Shown here in pieces: positions 57,202 to 64,000 of a stretch of DNA of 64,000 nt (the stretch's first letter is position 1; every line of letters starts with the position of its first letter). The stretch comes from Eubacteriales bacterium (GTDB lineage Bacteria; Bacillota; Clostridia; Oscillospirales; CAG-272). The notes beneath the pieces were generated by a model, which worked only from the letters and a program-made list of their open reading frames with translations, was not told the DNA's origin and made no database searches. Location of the stretch: NCBI GenBank assembly GCA_045577925.1, contig JAZNJH010000025.1, positions 36,307-100,306 of the forward strand, in the 5' to 3' direction. Made by a program: the position numbers and the translations under genes.

Positions 57202-57432
57202 ATGGACAAAACATACTTAATTAAATACAAAAATCTTGGACTTAACATATCTTATTTCAGAAAAAGCCGCGGCTATACTCAGTTAGAGCTTGCAGAGATC
57301 CTTGGAATAGACAGAAGCCATATGAGTGCGATCGAGCTTGCAAACGTGGGAGTTTCCCTCGATGTGATATTTAAGCTTTGCGAAGCACTGAGTGTTTCCG
57401 AAAAACAACTTTTCGACTTCAGATTGCCTTAA
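57202..57432 (+). CDS. XRE-family HTH DNA-binding protein (76 aa)
   Basis: Start moved to ATG 57202, 8 nt after AAAGGGGGAG. HTH motif YTQLELAEILGIDRSHMSAIELANVGVSLDVIFKLCEAL. Confidence 0.75.
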   Translation: MDKTYLIKYKNLGLNISYFRKSRGYTQLELAEILGIDRSHMSAIELANVGVSLDVIFKLCEALSVSEKQLFDFRLP

Positions 57433-57435
57433 ATA

Positions 57436-57475
57436 AAGAAAATCTCCCGTTTACATTACGGGAGATTTTCTTTAT
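57436..57475. terminator. Bidirectional terminator
   Basis: GAAAATCTCCCGT-ttacatt-ACGGGAGATTTTC. Confidence 0.8.
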
Positions 57476-57942
57476 TTTCTTGAGCACTTCTCTGCATCAA
57501 TCGCAAGAGTGAACATCAAAGCATCAATGGCATGCTCGGGATTTGCCACGTCTATAACGTATGTATCGGTAAAATTGAAAAGCTCCTTGCTTACGGTTGC
57601 AACAATAAAGCCCTGTGCATCCTTTATGGTATAGTCCCATTCAAATATGTCGCCCGATACCTGCCAGCCGTTAAAATCTATGTTGTAGCTTGGAGAAAAA
57701 AGAGAAAACTGTTTGGAAATGTATCCTGCAAGCACATCGTTTTTGTATATTCCGAATCTCGGAAGAAAGGTAAATACTTCTCTTTTAACAGTTCCTATGT
57801 GTTCTCCCACTTTATTAAGAATGTGCAGTGTATGAGTAAAAGCAAGCTTGCCCTCAACGGTGAAAACCGTATCGCCTGATTCATCATATATATCGTAGCT
57901 ATCAAGCCACGAAAAAAATCTTTGTTTGAATAAAAGCTTCAC
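57472..57942 (-). CDS. LURP-one-related / YxjI (tubby C-terminal-like, DUF567) family protein
   Basis: MKLLFKQRFFSWLDSYDIYDESGDTVFTVEGK...DIFEWDYTIKD fits the family pattern. Confidence 0.65.
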   Translation of the reverse strand: MKLLFKQRFFSWLDSYDIYDESGDTVFTVEGKLAFTHTLHILNKVGEHIGTVKREVFTFLPRFGIYKNDVLAGYISKQFSLFSPSYNIDFNGWQVSGDIFEWDYTIKDAQGFIVATVSKELFNFTDTYVIDVANPEHAIDALMFTLAIDAEKCSRK

Positions 57943-57946
57943 CTGT

Positions 57947-59068
57947 TTACTTTTCCCCCTTTAAAGATTTGTTTCTCTTTGCCACGTCTGCAGAAAGTAT
58001 GGTATATACAACCGAGACAAGCGGAATAAAGAGTATCATACCGATAATACCGAAAAGCTCTCCGCCAACGTATACAGCAAGCAAAGTCCAGAGCGCCGGA
58101 AGTCCTACCGAACGGCCAACTATTTTAGGATATATAAGATTACCTTCTATCTGCTGAATAACAAGAAAAGCAATTACAAATATCATAGCGCTTTTCACGT
58201 CTATCAGCACGATAAGGAATGCTCCGACTGCGCATGAAATAAAAGCTCCGAAATAAGGAATAAGCGCAAACACGGCCGTCAGCGCAGATATAACTCCCGC
58301 ATAAGGAAGTCTGAGTATAAGCATTGTTATTAACAGCAGTACTCCCAGAATCAGCGCCTCTAAAAATTGAACCGATAAGAATCTCTTGAACGTAGAATTC
58401 AGTGTGGAAAAGAAATAAACGATCTTATCGCTCACGCTTTTACTTGTGTATGCACAAGCCAGACTTTTAAGCTGATTTGACAGTTTTTTCTTGCCTGAGA
58501 GAATATATATGCAGATAACAAGCGATATTACCGCCATAAAAACTCCGCCTGTTATCGCGCCTGCCGCACCTATTACGGTTGTAAATATCTGTCCGATTCC
58601 GGGAACAACCTTTTGAGTTAAAAAACTGAGGTCAAATTTTTCAAGCACACTCTGGAGGCTTCCAAGCTCTACACCAAGCTTGGAAGCAACATCTGTTATT
58701 GCTCCCCAATTTTTCTCAATAGATGACTTTATTATCGGCACCGTTGAAGCAAATTGCGGTACAACGAGTATTATTACAAGCGATATAAATGCTATTACAA
58801 CAATAAATGACAGTATCAGGCTTATAGTGCTGACAACAGAATCCTTGGGCACTCGCTTTTTAAAAAGGCCTCTTATTCCTTTTTCGATCGCACACATTAT
58901 AACGTTAATGACTGCTGCTGCAAGTCCTCCGTAAACAAGGGGCGAGATTATTCCGATTCCGCTTTTAAATACAGATGCAACAACATTAAAGTTTACAAGC
59001 CCAACGTACAGAACCACAGCAATGCAAACTATTAAAAGTATCTGTTTGAAGCTAAGTCTTTTTTCCAT
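57947..59068 (-). CDS. AI-2E family (PerM/YtvI-like) transporter
   Basis: A 373-aa, 7-8 TM protein. LIPYFGAFISCAVGAFLI and QQIEGNLIYPKIVG motifs. Confidence 0.8.
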   Translation of the reverse strand: MEKRLSFKQILLIVCIAVVLYVGLVNFNVVASVFKSGIGIISPLVYGGLAAAVINVIMCAIEKGIRGLFKKRVPKDSVVSTISLILSFIVVIAFISLVIILVVPQFASTVPIIKSSIEKNWGAITDVASKLGVELGSLQSVLEKFDLSFLTQKVVPGIGQIFTTVIGAAGAITGGVFMAVISLVICIYILSGKKKLSNQLKSLACAYTSKSVSDKIVYFFSTLNSTFKRFLSVQFLEALILGVLLLITMLILRLPYAGVISALTAVFALIPYFGAFISCAVGAFLIVLIDVKSAMIFVIAFLVIQQIEGNLIYPKIVGRSVGLPALWTLLAVYVGGELFGIIGMILFIPLVSVVYTILSADVAKRNKSLKGEK

Positions 59069-59094
59069 TTTATATTGCCTTTCTTTCGTACATG

Positions 59095-59997
59095 TTATTT
59101 CCCAACTGTATATCTTTCATAATAAAACAAATACTGTTGTGCTATGCCTGCGTATTTTCCAAGCTTTTTTATATCAAGTCCGCCAGGATAATACTTATCA
59201 AGTATACGATTCACCCAAACGTCTATCGGAAAAGCGTCATATTTATCAAGCGAAAACAAGAGAGCACATGCCGCAACCTTTGGCCCGACTCCCTTTATTT
59301 TGCAAAGCTCATTTTCGGCTTGCTGAGTGTTAAACCTACTCAGAGCTTCAAGATCGATTTCACCCGAAGCTACCTTTATTGCCGCATCGTATATGTATTT
59401 GGCGCGAAAGCCTGTGCCGAGTTTAAAAATTCCGTCAACGCCGGCATCAATCAGCGCCTGCGGCTCGGGAAAGCTGTAATATGTATTCCCCTCAAGCTCT
59501 ACGGGCTTTCCGTATTTTTCGCACATGGCTGAAATAATCTTACGTATGCGGGGAATATTGTTATTCTGCGATATAATAAAAGAGCATAAGCACTCCCATT
59601 TTTCCTGCCTTAAAAGTCTTATTCCACCGCCGCACTCAGCCGCTTTTTCAAAAATTCCACTATCCGACTGAAGATTAAAATTATGTATCAGTTCAGATTT
59701 AATAGCAGAATAATCGGTATCAATCGCAAGATAGTGTTTCCAGATGTTTTCATAATCGTTTATATCAGAATTTATAATGATAAGGTTGTCCTTATCCTGC
59801 CTGAACTCAACGTATTTACCAAAGGCAACACCGCATACGTGATACGGGTCATCGCCTTTTGGGGTAAATCTGAAGCATTGTCCGCAATCGAATATCTGCG
59901 AAACGTCAAAATCTGAAAGTCCGCATATCTTAACGCCGGGTACACCCGACACGGTTATTTCACTTATTTGATTTTTTTCATACGTATGCCTGCTCAT
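59095..59997 (-). CDS. ogg: 8-oxoguanine DNA glycosylase / AP lyase (Ogg, HhH-GPD)
   Basis: HhH-GPD motif LCKIKGVGPKVAACALLFSLDKYDAFPIDVWV; 300 aa. Confidence 0.8.
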   Translation of the reverse strand: MSRHTYEKNQISEITVSGVPGVKICGLSDFDVSQIFDCGQCFRFTPKGDDPYHVCGVAFGKYVEFRQDKDNLIIINSDINDYENIWKHYLAIDTDYSAIKSELIHNFNLQSDSGIFEKAAECGGGIRLLRQEKWECLCSFIISQNNNIPRIRKIISAMCEKYGKPVELEGNTYYSFPEPQALIDAGVDGIFKLGTGFRAKYIYDAAIKVASGEIDLEALSRFNTQQAENELCKIKGVGPKVAACALLFSLDKYDAFPIDVWVNRILDKYYPGGLDIKKLGKYAGIAQQYLFYYERYTVGK

Positions 59998-60096
59998 ACT
60001 AAAACCTCAAAATAAACGAATTGTATTGCAAATAAGTTTTATTTGTTATATAATAATTAAAATAGCTTAATACGCAATAAGGAAAAGGAATTAACC

Positions 60097-60804
60097 ATGG
60101 AACAGATCTACACCATACCCGTTAATGAGGCGTTTGACAAATCTATTGAAGCTCCTGAATGCGGATGCCCGTTCTGCACTCTTTATAAAAAACTGCAAAG
60201 CGAATATCTCGAGCTTATTCTCGGCGCATCGATGATGGAACCCGACGTAAGAATAAAAACAAACAAGCTCGGTTTCTGCAACGATCACTACAACATGATG
60301 TTTGTTCGCAAAAACCGCCTCGGACTTGCCCTTATGCTTGAAAGCCACATGGACGAGCTCAGAGATGACGTAGATAAGAAGTTTTTAAACCTTTTCCCCG
60401 GAGAAAATGCAAGACGCCGTATAACCGAGCTTGACAAAAGCTGTTATATCTGCGATAAAATAGACTTTTCGATAACAAAAATGTTTGAAACCACTCTGCT
60501 TTTATACGAAAGAGACGGTGAATTCAAAAAGAAGTTCTGCGCCGAACCTTATTTCTGTATTCCTCATTTCAATAAGCTCATTACCCTTGCAAAAGCAAAG
60601 ATGCCAAAAAAACTGTATAATGATTTTTATGAAGACGCATCACGCGTTACCTTTAACTATTTCGACGCTCTCAGGTCAGACGTTAAGCACTTTATAAAAA
60701 AGTTTGATTATAGATATGAGGACGAGCCGTGGGGGAACTCAAAGGACAGCGTCGAGCGCGCTATAAAGTTTCTTGGCTCAGACGGTGCAGACGACGTTAA
60801 ATAG
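60097..60804 (+). CDS. Cys-rich hypothetical protein (possibly DUF6062-like)
   Basis: Paired Cys/His clusters: ECGCPFC...GFCNDH in the N-terminal half and CYICDK...FCIPH in the second half. No enzymatic motif recognised. Confidence 0.6.
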   Translation: MEQIYTIPVNEAFDKSIEAPECGCPFCTLYKKLQSEYLELILGASMMEPDVRIKTNKLGFCNDHYNMMFVRKNRLGLALMLESHMDELRDDVDKKFLNLFPGENARRRITELDKSCYICDKIDFSITKMFETTLLLYERDGEFKKKFCAEPYFCIPHFNKLITLAKAKMPKKLYNDFYEDASRVTFNYFDALRSDVKHFIKKFDYRYEDEPWGNSKDSVERAIKFLGSDGADDVK

Positions 60805-61041
60805 TCCTTTTTATAGTATTTTATCATTAAATTCCTCAAGTGTCAACAAAATTATAATCTCACAAACAAGCATAACCCGATAAAAATACGGAAGCGGCGG
60901 AAAAAGGCGGTTTATCAGAGCGTTTGTTTCCGCATATTGCCCTATTTGGAGTTAATTTAAGGGTGACAAAGCACCTCGTGTTCGCTTATAATAATAGTGT
61001 ATTCATTTTATCGAACGGACGGTGATATTTTGGAGCTTATT

Positions 61042-61629
61042 ATGATCAACTCCGAGAAAATAAAAATCATGCTTACACGTGAAGACATGACCAAATATAA
61101 TATACATATGTATTCTCTCGGGCACACCGGAAGCGCGATAAAGGAGGCGTTCGGCGAGGTCCTGAGCGATATAAAAACACGCACCGGTTTTGATACTCTC
61201 TCGGCTAAAACCATACTGCAGGTATATCCGTCCAGAGACGGCGGTTGCGAGGTGTACATAACACGGTTAAAAAACGACTTGAAGCTCAAAAATGATGAAA
61301 AGCATGAGTCTTTAGGGCAAGGCACAAATATAACTGTAAAACGCTGGCTTGAAAAGGTAATTTTCTCTTTTGAAAAGCTCACGGATGCTATTGATGCCTG
61401 TCGTTTACTCGTTTTATCGGGATATGATAGGTCAAGCAGCCTATATTTGTGTGAAAACACATACTATCTTTTTCTCGAAACGGAAATAAAGCCGAAGGGC
61501 AAATACGATGAATTAACGTGTCTTTGCGATTTCGGAAAAAGGCTTGAATGCAAAATAACACAGGCCTTTATTTGCGAACACGGAGAGTTGATCATACCCA
61601 AAAGGGCCGTTGAGGCACTTGCATTATAA
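61042..61629 (+). CDS. MecA-like adaptor protein (tentative)
   Basis: Start moved to ATG 61042, 6 nt after GGAG. N-terminal MINSEKIKIMLTREDMTKYNI...LQVYPSRDGGCEVYITR resembles the MecA N-terminal pattern. Confidence 0.45.
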   Translation: MINSEKIKIMLTREDMTKYNIHMYSLGHTGSAIKEAFGEVLSDIKTRTGFDTLSAKTILQVYPSRDGGCEVYITRLKNDLKLKNDEKHESLGQGTNITVKRWLEKVIFSFEKLTDAIDACRLLVLSGYDRSSSLYLCENTYYLFLETEIKPKGKYDELTCLCDFGKRLECKITQAFICEHGELIIPKRAVEALAL

Positions 61630-61661
61630 TTACAAAAACGGAAATAATAAAGGACGTTACA

Positions 61662-62231
61662 ATGCTTTCTCAAATATTTCAAAAATGCAAAAGCTGCAGT
61701 GCCTGCGAGCTTTTCAAAACCAAAACAAATACAGTTTTCGGCTGCGGAAGGGAAAACGCCGACTTAATGTTCGTTGGCGAAGCGCCCGGTGAGGTCGAGG
61801 ACCAAAGCGGTATACCGTTCGTAGGTCCTGCAGGCAAGCTTTTTGACAAATATCTTGAATACGTCGGTATTGAACGCGATGAGGTGTATATTGCAAACAT
61901 ATTAAAGTGCAGGCCACCGAAAAACCGCGATCCGCTTCCCGAAGAGGAGGAAGCATGCATAGGATATCTGCGCGAGCAGGTACGCACTATCAAGCCGAAG
62001 ATCATTGTGTGTCTTGGCAGGGTGGCGGCAAAAAGACTCATAAATCCCGATTTCCGCATAACTAAAGAGCACGGCATATGGTTTGATAAGCCGGGCTTTA
62101 AGATGTGCGCAGTCTATCACCCGTCGGCACTTTTGCGCGACAGTGCAAAAAAAGCAGATATGCTATCCGATATGAAGATGATAAAAGAAGTATACGACAA
62201 GATAAAGAATAGTCAGATCCAAGGAGAATAA
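61662..62231 (+). CDS. Uracil-DNA glycosylase, family 4
   Basis: N-terminal Cys cluster CKSCSAC. GEAPGEVEDQSGIPFVGPAGKLF; CRPPKNRDP; HPSALLR. Confidence 0.88.
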   Translation: MLSQIFQKCKSCSACELFKTKTNTVFGCGRENADLMFVGEAPGEVEDQSGIPFVGPAGKLFDKYLEYVGIERDEVYIANILKCRPPKNRDPLPEEEEACIGYLREQVRTIKPKIIVCLGRVAAKRLINPDFRITKEHGIWFDKPGFKMCAVYHPSALLRDSAKKADMLSDMKMIKEVYDKIKNSQIQGE

Positions 62232-62233
62232 AA

Positions 62234-63175
62234 ATGTCAGCGATACTGCTTAAAACAATGCTAACGATGCTTTTCATCTGCGCGGCAGGATACGTTGCCC
62301 GCAAGGCAGGAATTATCGACTCCGCTTTTTCAAAAAAGCTTTCAACGCTTATTATTAAGATAGGGCAGCCTTTTCTTATAATCGCGGCAATAATCGGCAC
62401 AGAATATTCGCGCGAAAAGCTTATTTCAGGCTTTGCAGTTATCGGTATCGGCACAGTCTGCCACGCTGTAATGGCGCTTATCGCCGTTATATATTCAAGG
62501 CATATCAAAGACATGAATGAAGCGAAAATCACCAAATTTTCGCTCGTTTTTGCAAACTGCGGATTTTTAGGTCTGCCCGTTGTAGGCGCGCTGCTCGGTG
62601 ACGAAGGCCTTTTCTATGGCGCGTTCTATCAGATACCCTTTCAGCTTTTCGTATGGAGCTACGGTATGATAGTATTTGCACGCGGCAGAAATGACATCAA
62701 AATAAATCCGAAAAGCCTTATACTCAACTACGGTATGATACCCTGCTTTATAGGTATCGTTCTGTATATACTGAAGCCTTATTTCGTTTTGCCTGAATTT
62801 TTAGTAAGCACCTGCGACTATTTAGGCTCGCTCTGCACGCCCGTGTCACAGCTCATAATCGGAGGCCTTATAGCCGTTCAGCCAATAAGAAAACTGTTTA
62901 AAGGCACAAAGAAGTACGTGGTAAGCTTCATAAAGCTGATAGTATTCCCTATCCTGTTTGCGCTCATATGCAAGCTTCTTGGTGTAGACGAAACGATGAC
63001 GATATTCATCGTAACCATGAGCGCACTTCCCTGTGCAACAAACTCTGTAATGTTCGGCGAGATGTACGACATTGACCCTGAATATGCGGCGCACATAGTC
63101 AGCCTGACCTCGATATTATCGGTAGCAACGATACCGCTTGTAGTGTCGATTGCCGAAAAGATAATAATGATGTGA
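62234..63175 (+). CDS. AEC (auxin efflux carrier) family transporter
   Basis: A 313-aa, ~10 TM protein with the two-repeat architecture typical of AEC permeases. Confidence 0.75.
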   Translation: MSAILLKTMLTMLFICAAGYVARKAGIIDSAFSKKLSTLIIKIGQPFLIIAAIIGTEYSREKLISGFAVIGIGTVCHAVMALIAVIYSRHIKDMNEAKITKFSLVFANCGFLGLPVVGALLGDEGLFYGAFYQIPFQLFVWSYGMIVFARGRNDIKINPKSLILNYGMIPCFIGIVLYILKPYFVLPEFLVSTCDYLGSLCTPVSQLIIGGLIAVQPIRKLFKGTKKYVVSFIKLIVFPILFALICKLLGVDETMTIFIVTMSALPCATNSVMFGEMYDIDPEYAAHIVSLTSILSVATIPLVVSIAEKIIMM

Positions 63176-63181
63176 TAAAGT

Positions 63182-63208
63182 AAAAACCGTTCGCACGAAC
63201 GGTTTTTG
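63182..63208. terminator. Bidirectional terminator
   Basis: AAAAACCGTTCG-ca-CGAACGGTTTTTG. Confidence 0.8.
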
Positions 63209-63215
63209 TCATATA

Positions 63216-63605
63216 TTACATCTTTTTAAAATCACCCATACTAAGCACATTTACAAATTTTTCATCATACTTAAGTATAGATCTGAAAATACCGTCGTCA
63301 AGACCACAAATTCCGTTTGGTCTGCCACGAACAACAAACAGCGTTACATATTCCTTATTCGGTGAGATTTGAATGATCGGTACTTTCTCTCCATGCATTC
63401 TACCGTCAAGTCTCGAAAAACGCGGAAATTGTTCCCACAATATAGTATTGCCTTCGCAATGAATTATGGAATATTTATTTGCTCTTTTCTTAGTTAAAAT
63501 AATTCTGTATTCTTTGTTATCAATATTCATCGAAAATATATTGGTATATTGATTTTCAGATATAGTTTCAGCATTATTTTTAAAAGAATTATATATCATA
63601 CTCAT
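63216..63605 (-). CDS. Hypothetical protein (129 aa), AT-rich orphan
   Basis: Uninterrupted ORF with a downstream terminator. No motif recognised. By eye it is more AT-rich than its neighbours. Confidence 0.55.
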   Translation of the reverse strand: MSMIYNSFKNNAETISENQYTNIFSMNIDNKEYRIILTKKRANKYSIIHCEGNTILWEQFPRFSRLDGRMHGEKVPIIQISPNKEYVTLFVVRGRPNGICGLDDGIFRSILKYDEKFVNVLSMGDFKKM

Positions 63606-63689
63606 AACAGCACCTCATTTCATTATCATTATAGCACAAGTCATAATATATTTCAACAACCATCTGAAATTCTAACGTTATATAAAAAC

Positions 63690-63717
63690 GCAGGCGTAAG
63701 AACTTTCTCACGCCTGC
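63690..63717 (-). terminator. Rho-independent terminator after the small Cys-rich gene
   Basis: GCAGGCGT...ACGCCTGC is an 8-bp stem. On the minus strand GUUUUUAUAUAA follows. Confidence 0.7.
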
Positions 63718-63729
63718 GCTTTTCAATTA

Positions 63730-63891
63730 TTATTTATCACTGCCGCAGCCGCAGTTGCAGCCTTTCGACTTGCATGTGCCGCTATCCGGGCAGCCGATAC
63801 ATTTTTTGCCGCTTTTCTTTGCTTTGTATACATAGAATCCGGCAAGTCCGAGTATAAGGACAATTATTGCAACAATAATAAAATCTGTCAT
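63730..63891 (-). CDS. FeoB-associated Cys-rich membrane protein (53 aa)
   Basis: Not in the ORF track because it is under 60 aa. Translation MTDFIIVAIIVLILGLAGFYVYKAKKSGKKCIGCPDSGTCKSKGCNCGCGSDK: one TM helix plus a CxxC/CxC-rich tail, the typical shape of this small family. Confidence 0.7.
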   Translation of the reverse strand: MTDFIIVAIIVLILGLAGFYVYKAKKSGKKCIGCPDSGTCKSKGCNCGCGSDK

Positions 63892-63909
63892 AGGATTATT
63901 TCCTCAATT

Positions 63910-64000
63910 ATTACTTATTTACCGTTTCCTTTACCTTTGCCGCTTTACCCTTCAGGGCATACTCTGCTTTGACTTTTTCGTCAGCACCTACGCACATATA
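63910..64000 (-). CDS. 3' end of a gene continuing beyond the window (possibly feoB)
   Basis: Open frame on the minus strand ending ...KAEYALKGKAAKVKETVNK with tandem TAA TAA stops (63907-63912). The feoB assignment rests only on the neighbouring FeoB-associated small gene. Confidence 0.3.

Noticed and set aside
1-64000. CRISPR arrays, IS elements or transposases, rRNA genes, and long direct or tandem DNA repeats.
   Set aside because: I recognised none while reading both strands. The only repeats seen are intragenic protein-module duplications (Flg_new, SLH, the ~85-aa pair) and short operator and promoter motifs.

Overview
This 64 kb window looks like ordinary chromosome from a Gram-positive anaerobe. 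A Clostridia / Ruminococcus-like lineage is inferred from Spo0A, SLH-anchored proteins, cohesin/dockerin-like modules and a T-box leader. I did not recognise any rRNA, CRISPR array, transposase or integrase. Content from left to right:

- **2-5994:** a two-gene cell-surface module. A giant beta-helix/GLUG-type protein, cut by the window edge, carries a cohesin-like module and a C-terminal dockerin-like module. It is followed by a cohesin + Flg_new-repeat + SLH anchoring protein.
- **6132-14120:** a small Cys-rich ORF missed by the ORF track, a DivIVA-domain protein, an XRE+TPR regulator, ispF, rpe, a second SLH protein, a sortase-fold protein whose TLxTC cysteine appears absent, a polytopic membrane protein and DegV.
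- **14159-19146 (-):** a BMP-family (nucleoside-type) ABC importer.
- **19523-25473:** a third SLH protein, a ceramidase-like hydrolase, tRNA-Gln next to an AT-rich islet with two divergent XRE genes and a triple operator, and an FAD oxidoreductase.
- **25653-29900:** potABCD behind a roughly 300-nt structured leader.
- **29941-35417:** cdd, a CE7 esterase lipoprotein, a CarD-like protein, azlCD and spo0A with an atypical receiver domain.
- **35721-47168 (-):** a nine-gene pur operon (purE, purF, purM, FNT channel, purN, purO, AICARFT-only purH, purD, purL) behind a candidate ZTP riboswitch. It ends in an unusually elaborate nested-hairpin terminator.
- **47884-53028 (-):** an ABC half-transporter / DUF1854-like / ABC half-transporter operon. 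Both transporters carry an extra N-terminal cytoplasmic module ending in a CxxC-x10-CxxC zinc ribbon.
- **53126-64000:** T-box(Phe)-pheST, then small housekeeping and repair genes (ogg, family-4 UDG, AI-2E and AEC transporters), and the tail of a probable feo locus.

The candidates I rank highest for something not yet described are:

- the ABC/DUF1854/ABC module
- the cohesin-dockerin-SLH pair
- the PurF that lacks its N-terminal Cys, together with the formate-channel gene in the ZTP-controlled operon
- the pot leader

All domain calls rest on motif recognition by eye; no database search was run. Several starts were moved from the ORF-track coordinates on ribosome-binding-site grounds.
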